NCBI GenBank assembly: GCA_002269645.1
Contig: NIVC01004014.1
Span: 1-64,000, forward strand
Reading direction: 5' to 3'
DNA length: 64,000 bases
DNA from: Macrostomum lignano
Taxonomy: Eukaryota
The translations under genes were made by a program, and so were the position numbers. The notes beneath the pieces are model-generated. The model had not been told where the DNA came from, did no database searches, and saw only the letters and a program-made list of their open reading frames with translations. Of this stretch, positions 50,772 to 64,000 are shown one piece after another. Each line of letters opens with the position of its first letter. Within the stretch, counting starts at the first letter, position 1.

Positions 50772-53700
50772 ATGGCTAGCAACACCTTTGACGCGGTGTA
50801 CGCGCAGAGATCAGTCGCGGAGGCCTCCGCTCAGGAGCGGGCAACCCTCGAGGACGTGCTCAGCGAGGAAAACCTGCCTCTGGAGAGCACTGAGGTGCGG
50901 CCACCACCACCGCTGCCCCCGCCGCTGCCCCCGCCGCTGCAGCAGCAGACGGCTCTTGCGGTCAACGGCAAGGTCGGCAAACGGCGCCCTCTGTTCGGCA
51001 TTGGCAGCACGAAGAAGTCCGCGGCTGCCAGCCAGGCGGTGAAGCAGCGAATGCTGCACAGCCAGTCCGACACCGGCCGGTCCAAGAAGGAAGACAAAAG
51101 CAAGCGACAGCGACACACACCCACAAACAATAGCGAAGTGTCCAAGCGAGACTCCCGGGCCCAGTCGGAGGAGTACATCTTTACAAAGTCTATCGATGTG
51201 TAAGCGTTTGCGGGGATCGAAAACACTCGCTATACCCGCCTCCCTTGCACTTACCTCTCTCGTCAGCACCTATTTTCCTACGTTAACTCACCTCCCCACA
51301 ATAACCCACCTCCCACAATACCCACCTCCCACAATAACCCACCTCCCCACAATAACCCACCTCCCCACAATAACCCACCTCCCACAATAACCCATCTTCC
51401 ACAATAACGTACCTCCACAATAACCCACCTCCCACAATAACCCACCTCCCCACAATAACCCACTTCCCCACAATAACCCACCTCCCCACAATAACACACC
51501 TCCCCACAATAACCCACCTCCCCACAATAACCCACCTCCCACAATAACGCACCTCCCCACAATAACCCACCTCCCACAATAACCCACCTCCCACAATAAC
51601 CCACCTCCCACAATAACCCACCTCCCCACAATAACCCACCTCCCCACAATAACCCACCTCCCACAATAACCCACCTCCCCACAATAACCCACCTCCCCAC
51701 AATAACCCATCTACCCACAAAAACCCACCTCCCCAAAATAACCCAACTCCCCAAAATAACACACCTCCCCACAATAACCCACCTCCCCACAATAACCCAC
51801 CTCCCACAATAACGCACCTCCCACAATAACCCACCTCCCACAATAACCCACCTCCCACAATAACCCACCTCCCACAATAACCCACCTCCCCACAATAACC
51901 CACCTCCCCACAATAACCCATCTACCCACAATAACCCACCTCCCCCCAATAACCCAACTCTCAACTAAAGGCCGAGAGCCCAAAGAAATGCGAGCTATAT
52001 TAGGCCAATAAATTAACACCTTTGCGAGGTATTTATAACTATTTATTACCACCTTTCTCAACGCCGCCAGCTCGATGAACAACCCGAACGCCGACTTCGA
52101 CGAGCTGAAACTTTCGCCATTCTACGAAGGCTACGACACGCGCAACCTGCTAGAGAAGTGGCGCGACCTGCCTTCCCGGCTGACCATCAATGACTGGGCA
52201 TTTTTTATTCGCACCACCCGGCGCAGGTCGCAGCGCAGCCAGGTGGACCGTCTGGTCGGCGACGTGTGCGCCAAGGTGCTGAGCATGCGCGAGATGATGC
52301 AATACTCGCTGGACAGCGGCGCCCACTGCCTGCTGTGGGTGAACTCCGGCCTAGCCAGGCGATTTCTGCCTCGAATGCGCCGGGGCTCGCAAATCCTCGG
52401 CCGAGTCCAGGGCGACGTCATCGTGAAGGACAAGCAGAACCTGGCCAGCCTGCTCATCGAGCATCAGTTCCGCGAGTGGCTTGAGTGGCCGACCCACGTG
52501 TGCGTCAACGAGAAAAACGAGGAGATCAAGCGGAACAACCAGCGACTGTGCCGTCACCAGTACATTGTAAGCGATTGTGAGCCATCATCGCTCATCACTT
52601 TCACTGTCTCCATGTTTCACAGGTCATTTGGGTCCTAAAACCCCGTGTTTTAAGACCCCTGCATTTTACATGCTCAATGTTTTACAACCCCAATGTTTTA
52701 CAACCCCTGTGTCTTACAACCCCTGTGTCTTACAACCCCTGTGTCTTACAACCCCTGTGTCTTACAACCTTTGTATTTCACAAGCCCGTGTTTCACAACC
52801 CCTGTGTCTTACAACCCCTGTGTCTTACAACCCTGTGTCTTACAACCCTGTGTCTTACAACCCCTGTGTCTTACAACCCCTGTGTCTTACAACCCCTGTG
52901 TCTTACAACCCCTGTGTCTTACAACCCCTGTGTCTTACAACCCCTGTGTCTTACAACCCCTGTGTCTTACGACACCTGTGTCTTACAACCCCTGTATCTT
53001 ACGAACCCTGTGTCTTACAACCCCCATGTTTTACAACCCCGTGTTTTACAAACCTCTGTGTCTTACAACCCCTGTGTCTTACGACACCTGTGTCTTACGA
53101 CACCTGTGTCTTACGACACCTGTGTCTTACAACCCCCATGTTTTACAACCCACGTGTTTTACCGCCACTGTGTTTCACTACTTAGCAAATATTTTACAAA
53201 ACGAACGCATGAATCTCAGCGCACCGCCTGACACCAGTTCCTTCTTCACTCTGTTGCTAGGGTCACTACATGGGCAAGTGCATCGACGATGACGCTCCCA
53301 ACTGCCCGAATCATGAGTACTACTTCTGCGAGTGCTTCCGCAAGCACTTCTTTGTGCCCGAGTTTTTCGCCTTCAGTCACTACTATCTAATGGAGCAGTT
53401 TCTCAAGAAATACGAGAGTGAGTTCACCCATTATTAATCTCCTATTGTCACACTCCTACTAGCATTCGTAGTAGAAGGCTCTCCTAGTATCACTCTTCTT
53501 AGATCTGGACCGGTTCCAGTTTAAAGTACAAGCGTAAACCGTCGTCCAAATCCCGCCCTTGCCGAACCCCAGCGGACATGGAGTTCAAGAAGACGGTCTG
53601 GCTGGCCAAGCCCGCCTACCTGACGGGCGGCAAAGGCTTCTTCCTCATCCGGGATGCGATGGATTTCCGCTATTTCTACCTGGTTCGAAGCGACACCTGC

Positions 53701-56650
53701 GTCCGGCGCGAGGGCTTCACGCTGCAGCGCTACCTGCCCAGGCCGTGCACGCTGAACAGGCTGAAGGTGGACTGCCGCATGTACCTCATGATCACCGTGC
53801 TGAACGGCCGTCGAGTCTGCGGATTCTTCCATCCGGGATTCGCTCGCACCGCGGCCGTACCTTGGACGGTGAAGTTTGAACAGCTGCACCAGACGAAGAT
53901 GAGCGGCAACGTGTTCGAGCACATCACCGCGGCCGAGCTCTACAAGCTGAACAACGCGCGGGTGCCGGGCGAGAGCGAAGAGGACGACGACGACGAGAAG
54001 GCGCAGTGCTTCGCCTTCAACGATGCCTGCGAGCAGATTGCCACCGGCGCCAAGAAGGTGAAGAAAGGCGAAGTGGAAAATGTCCTGCCGTTCGCCGGCG
54101 AAGACGCCGATTCCGGCAAATTTCTTGAGAAAGATTTCGACAAATTTCATTGGCGCTTCAAGTACATGATTGAGGTGCTGTGCGCCAAGCTCGACCCCAT
54201 TGTGAGGGACAAGCCGGGAACGTTCCAGATTTTCGGACTGGACATCCTGATCGACTCCGACACTAAGGTTAGCCACGCATTAGTTTTATTTGTCGTTCGT
54301 AGCTGACCGCGTAATAATCTTCTGATTATCTAATAATTGTCCGATTACGTAATGTCTGCTCGATCACGTATTAACCGTCTGATTGCTCTCGTCTCAAAAC
54401 AACGCTGGGTTCGATTCCTGGCTGTCTGAGGAAAACGGAGCCAGTTTTGCTTAACTCGTAGCTCAAAAAACTGATTTTCAAACCCTTCAGCCCTGGCTAC
54501 TCGAAGTGAACTCGCACGTGGCAACAGAGCAGATTTACGATCGCAGCCAGTGCAGAGTTATCTCCAATGTTGTGACGGAAGCAATCTGCATTGTTGTGGA
54601 GTTGTTTCAAAAAGCTTTCGAGGTAATTGTTTTCATTTTTGTCACTGTAGCCGCTTAGTTATAGACACTATAAGACACTATAGCTCCCAGCCATAGATAC
54701 TAGAATTCCTAGCCAAAGACACTAGAACTCCCAGCCATAGACACTAGAATTCCAAGCCATAGACACTAGAATTCCCAGGCATAGACACTAGAACTCCCAG
54801 CCATAGACACTAGAATTCCAAGTCATAGACACTAGAATTCCCAGCCATAGACACTAGAATTCCCAGGCATAGACACTAGAATTCCAAGCCATAGACACTA
54901 GAATTCCCAGGCATAGACACTAGAACTCCCAGCCATAGACACTAGAATTCCAAGTCATAGACACTAGAATTCCCAGCCATAGACACTAGAACTCCCAGCC
55001 ATAGACACTAGAACTCCCAGCCATAGACACTAGAAATCCATCCCAGCCATAGACACTAGAACTCCCAGCCATAGACACTAGAAATCCATCCCAACCATAG
55101 ACACTAGAACTCCGAGCCATAGACACTAGAACTCCCAGCCATAGACACTAGAACTCCCAGCCATAGACACTAGAACTCGCAGCCAAAGACACTAGAACTC
55201 CCAGCCATAGACACTAGAACTCCCAGCCATAGACACTAGAACTCGCAGCCATAGACACTGACCCACCTCATCCTAGGAAGAGGCGATCGCCATGGAGATT
55301 CAGCAAGGTGAGGCACCGCTCATCAAGCTGACCAGAGCCCAGCGCCTCATGACGGCCAAAGCCGAGCAGGACGCTCTCGACAAGCTGGCCGGCCTACTCG
55401 AGATGACGGAAATTTCGCAAAGAAAACCGCCAATTTTTTTGCAAAACTTTTTCTGGTGGTACGATACACCTCGCTACCGATGGATAAAGCCATGGGTTAC
55501 AAGGAAACGCCGACCTGCCCAGTCAATCCCATGGTACTCGCAGACGTTTATCAATTTAGTTAAACGAAACGAGGCCATTGTGAGAAAGAATTTCAAAGCA
55601 GACGAGGCTACAGCTTCGCATGACTACATGGACTACTTTAGACACGCTTTCTGGCGGGTGAGTCGCTGTCGCAGTGTTCAACAGGTTTTCGTTGGTTTAG
55701 CACCTATGTTGGAATAGTGGTTGTTGTTAAGAATGGACGCTATAAATATTGTAGAACCCAAAGGTAGGAAAATTGAGGAGGGGCTGGGCTGGAAACCAGA
55801 TTTTCCGGCCATAGACACTAGAACTCCCAACCATAGCCACTAGAATTCCCAACCATAGACACTAGAATTCCCAGCCATAGACACTAGAATTCCCAACCAT
55901 AGACACTAGAATTCCCAACCATAGACACTAGAACTCCCAACCATAGACACTAGAATTCCCAACCATAGACACTAGAGCTTCCAGCCATAGACACTAGAAT
56001 TCCCAACCATAGACACTAGAATTCCCAACCATAGACACTAGAACTCCCAACCATAGACACTAGAATTCCCAACCATAGACACTAGAATTCCCAACCATAG
56101 ACACTAGAATTCCCAACCATAGACACTAGAGCTTCCAGCCATAGACACTAGAATTCCCAACCATAGACACTAGAATTCCCAACCATAGACACTAGAATTC
56201 CCAACCATAGACACTAGAATTCCCAACCATAGACACTAGAATTCCCAACCATAGACACTAGAATTCCCAACCATAGACACTAGAATTCCCAACCATAGAC
56301 ACTAGAATTCCCAACCATAGACACTAGAATTCCCAGCCATAGACACTAGAATTCCCAGCCATAGACACTGGAACTCCCAACCATAGACACTAGAATTCCC
56401 AGCCATAGACATTAGAGCTTCCAGCCATAGACACTGGAACTCCCAACCATAGACACTAGAATTCCCAGCCATAGACACTAGAATTCCCAGCCATAGACTG
56501 GTACAACACTACTACTCTCCCGACTCGCAGGAGAAGACGGAGGAAGAGATGAAGGAATTCGAGGAGGAGCTGCTGAAGCGGGCCGCCAAGGTGCGCAACC
56601 CGGGCGGCAGTGCCAACAACGCCAGCGCCACTCCGGACTCGGATTTTTAA
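50772..56650 (+). CDS. Tubulin-tyrosine-ligase-like (TTL/TTLL, ATP-grasp) protein (exons 50772-51199, 52071-52566, 53261-53417, 53503-54267, 54491-54622, 55277-55657, 56497-56650)
   Basis: TTL motifs WLAKPAYLTGGKGFFL, LQRYLPRP...KVDCRMYLMI and FQIFGLDILIDSDTK|PWLLEVNS, the last split by a clean phase-0 intron. Two junctions need a 1-bp correction (extra A near 53523-53525, extra G near 55656-55658). The last exon is less certain. Confidence 0.85.
51290..51950. repeat. 19/20-bp minisatellite (ccacaataacccacctccc) in TTLL intron 1
   Basis: Direct periodicity. Confidence 0.95.
52660..53150. repeat. 16-bp minisatellite (tcttacaacccctgtg) in TTLL intron 2
   Basis: Direct periodicity. Confidence 0.95.
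54685..55260. repeat. 22-bp minisatellite (gccatagacactagaattccca) in TTLL intron 5
   Basis: Direct periodicity; it ends about 16 nt before the acceptor. Confidence 0.95.
55805..56496. repeat. Same 22-bp minisatellite family in TTLL intron 6
   Basis: Direct periodicity; the last unit supplies the acceptor AG. Confidence 0.95.
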
Positions 56651-57064
56651 TTCGAACTTCATTTGCCATAAAAACTGGCTCACTGTTATCATGTAGCAAA
56701 GAGCTCCGCTTTCAAAAGAAAATGCGTTGCTAAATTATTTGCATCGCTGTATTTTTATAAATGACTTTGTCCAAATCATAAATTTTGTTTGAAAGCTAAC
56801 AGCTATAATTATTTTTGCTATTAGTAAACAATGAATTTACTTCTTACCGCCTGTTTTTGGTTTTTGTATGACCATTGAACGAATTGTTCCGAGCCAATAT
56901 TACACTTGGACTCAATTCGACACTTGAGCAAATACTATCTTTTTATTCGCGGACTAAATTCGTTCTTCACATTGCTGACTTCATTTCTGACAAGATAGTC
57001 GGTTTCCAGCCCCAGAATGGCTAGAAATAAGTTGCACATATCAGACGAAGTTGTACCACTAATT

Positions 57065-58960
57065 CTGGACCCATCAATCCTGAACCCATCAATCCTGAAC
57101 TCAGTAACCCTGAACCCATCAATCCTGAACCCATCAATCATGAACCCATCAATCCTGAACCCATCAATCCTGAACCCATCAATCCTGAACACATCAATCC
57201 TGAACTCAGTAATCCTGAACCCATCAATCCTGAACCCATCAATCCTGAACCCATCAATCCTGAACTCAGTAATCCTGAACCCATCAATCCTGAACCCATC
57301 AATCATAAACCCATCAATCCTGAACCCATCAATCCTGAACCCATCAATCCTGAACTCAGTAATCCTGAACCCATCAATCCTTAACCCATCAATCCTGAAC
57401 CCATCAATCCTGAACCCATCAATCCTGAACCCATCAATCCTGAACTCAGTAACCCTGAACCCATCAATCCTGAACCCATCAACCCTGAACCCATCAATCC
57501 TGAACCCATCAATCCTGAACCCATCAATCCTGAACCCATCAATCCTGAACCCATCAACCCTGAACCCATCAATCCTGAACTCAGTAACCCTGAACCCATC
57601 AATTCTGAACTCATTAACCCTGAACCCATCAATCCTGAACTCAGTAACTCTGAACCCATCAACCCTGAACCCATCAATCCTGAACCCATCAATACTGAAC
57701 CCATCAATCCTGAACCCATCAATCCTGAACCCATCAATCCTGAACCCATCAATCCTGAATCCATCAATCCTGAACCCATCAATCCTGAACCCATCAATCC
57801 TGAACTCAGTAACCCTGAACCCATCAACCCTGAACTCATCAATCCTGAACTCAGTAACCCTGAACACATCAATCCTGAACTCATTAACCCTGAACCCATC
57901 AATCCTGAACTCAGTAACCCTGAACCCATCAACCCTGAACCCATCAATCCTGAACCCATCAATCCTGAACCCATCAATCCTGAACCCATCAATCCTGAAC
58001 CCATCAATCCTGAATCCATCAATCCTGAACCCATCAATCCTGAACCCATCAATCCTGAACTCAGTAACCCTGAACCCATCAACCCTGAACTCATCAATCC
58101 TGAACTCAGTAACCCTGAACACATCAATCCTGAACTCATTAACCCTGAACCCATCAATCCTGAACTCAGTAACCCTGAACCCATCAACCCTGAACCCATC
58201 AATCCTGAACCCATCAATCCTGAACCCATCAATCCTGAACTCAGTAAACCTGAACCCATCAATCCTGAACCCATCAATCCTGAACTCAGTAACACTGAAC
58301 CCATCAATTCTGAACTCAGTAACCCTGAACCCAGAGGGGGCCGTAGCCCAGCGGTAGCGCAGCTGCTCTGGTGTGCCAGCGACCCAGGCTCGATTCCAAG
58401 TGCAGTCACATTAATTTGGGGCTGAATTGGAATCTCGGCTTGGCTCTGCTCGTGCAATTAACGGCCTTGAGAGCCAACCGCCCAAGGCGCAGTGAAGTGT
58501 ACATGCCTAACGATAAAATAAAGTTAGGGCCGCTGTACACTCCTGTGTGAGTGTGTGCCTGCGTACGTATCCGCGCGCTTGTATGCCTGCTCAGGGGAGT
58601 CGGCGGAATGGGCAGTAATGCCTCTCGCCGGTTGTGTGCCAATGTCGCTTAAAGTGCGCCAGGGTGCACACAACCCCCCTGCCTCTAAAAAAAACCCTGA
58701 ACCCATCAATCCTGAACCCATCAATCCTGAACCCATCAATCCTGAACCCATCAATCCTGAACCCATCAATCCTGAACTCAGTAACCCTGAACCCACCAAT
58801 CCTGAACCCATCAATCCTGAATCCATCAATCCTGAACTCAGTAACCCTGAACCCACCAATCCTGAACCCACCAATCCTGAATCCATCAATCCTGAACCCA
58901 TCAATCCTGAACTCGGTAACCCTGAACCCACCAATTCTGAACCCATCAATCTTGAACCCT
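57065..58960. repeat. 15-bp minisatellite (cctgaacccatcaat) interrupted by a SINE
   Basis: Direct periodicity on both sides of 58334-58694. Confidence 0.96.
58336..58693 (+). mobile_element. tRNA-derived SINE, family B, full-length copy with A-tail and candidate target-site duplication
   Basis: Head ggggccgtagcccagcggtagcgc, box B ggctcgattcc and an A8 tail. aaccctgaaccca flanks both sides (58321-58333 and 58693-58705). Confidence 0.88.
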
Positions 58961-59204
58961 TGAATTATGATTAAATAAAATATTATTTATCATAAAATGA
59001 TTAATATTTATCATAATCATAAAATGATTAAATAATAATAAATAAGGATTAAAAGTGCATCAGAAGAAAAATATATTGACATTAATATCTTAATTTGCAG
59101 TCGTGAATTTGAATAGGCGATTAGTCAATAGATTTAGCATACAATCTTTTCATTGCCAATGCATTTAATGTTTCTGTGTCGCGCAGTAAACAGAAGCTGA
59201 CGCT

Positions 59205-59350
59205 CAGACACACAGTTCACACACACACACACACAGACACAGTTCACACACACACACAGTTCACACACACACACAGTTCACACACACACACAGTTCACAC
59301 ACACACACAGAGTTCACACACACACACACACACAGTTCACACACACGCAG
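59205..59350. repeat. CA-rich repeat (cacacacacagtt)
   Basis: Direct reading. Confidence 0.9.
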
Positions 59351-59605
59351 TTCACACGGCCACCGGTGCAGCTGCCGATTCCGCCTGGCCCATTGCTGCT
59401 GTTGAGCAACTGTTGAAAATGACCAGACCGGCTGCTGGGGCCGCCTCTGGGTTGCTGGGGCGAGGAAATTGAGCAAGGTTATGCGACAGTTAAAATTTAT
59501 AGATTTTATGGCTATCGGAATAGGGCCTGCTTCTTGACCTTTGGCCTTTCAAGTTAAATCCTTTCCAACTCACTCCATGTCGCCTCTCACAGCACTTTAG
59601 TCCCT

Positions 59606-59697
59606 ACCAGCCAGCCCCTCCCAGCTAGCCCCTCCAAGCTAGCCCCTCCCAGCTAGCCCCTCCCAGCTGGCCACTCCCAGCCAGCCCCTCCCAGCTC
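59606..59697. repeat. 14-bp repeat (ccagctagcccctc), about 6 copies, directly after the PAC-like stop codon
   Basis: Direct periodicity. Confidence 0.85.
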
Positions 59698-59704
59698 CAG
59701 TCGA

Positions 59705-63522
<3,818 letters not shown>

Positions 63523-64000
63523 CTGTGATTGAGCATTTGATGGAGTAGATAATTATCAACACATTCTTTGTTAAAATCATCGAACTTTGGCAATTAAATT
63601 GGCTAAAATTGAAAAATACAGAAGCAAAGGCCATTTAGCTTTCAAATGATTGCTTCACTTTACTGACCATTCACTGCCATCATATATTGCTGCTTGCATA
63701 TTTGTAAGACTCCATAGTTAATCCCAACTTCTTACATGTCCATGCATTAGTTCCATAGGGCAAAGTCTTTCTGCCATTCTCACCCTTCTCCTGCCAAGCG
63801 GCCAGTAATCTGAAGCATCGCTGTACTGACTCCCTTTGCAGCTGTGCCAACACCTTTAGTTTTATCAGCGCTTTCCGAAGTCATGACGCAAACTGAGGCT
63901 CGAAATATTTATCTGATGATCCTTCAATAAAAAGCAAATGCACAAAGTAAGTAAGCAAGTAATTTTGTACGTCAGAATTTTTGCATTAGTTCTCAATAAT

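Overview
Eukaryotic (invertebrate animal) genomic DNA with GC-rich exons, short GT-AG introns, and roughly one third of the window in micro- and minisatellite arrays. The style fits the flatworm Macrostomum lignano, but this is inference and was not verified. Nine protein-coding genes can be reconstructed by hand. On the + strand: an MTFR1/2-family protein, an HMG20-like coiled-coil protein with no visible HMG box, a secreted WSC+PAN/Apple protein, an intronless Shaker/Kv1 channel with a shortened S4, a small FN3-like single-pass membrane protein and a divergent tubulin-tyrosine-ligase-like (TTLL) protein. On the - strand: HDHD5/CECR5, a FAM78-like protein head-to-head with the TTLL gene, and a homolog of the proton-activated chloride channel PAC/TMEM206. 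The PAC homolog is the most notable find and is largely invisible in the ORF track because it is split over short exons. Mobile DNA includes a truncated LTR retrotransposon (LTR, tRNA-iMet PBS, gag) inside a GATT/GGTT microsatellite, two tRNA-derived SINE families, a mariner-like remnant with about 185-bp TIRs and several MITE-like elements. Several genes need 1-bp corrections at homopolymer runs, which looks like long-read assembly error rather than pseudogenisation. All family assignments come from remembered motifs, not from database searches.
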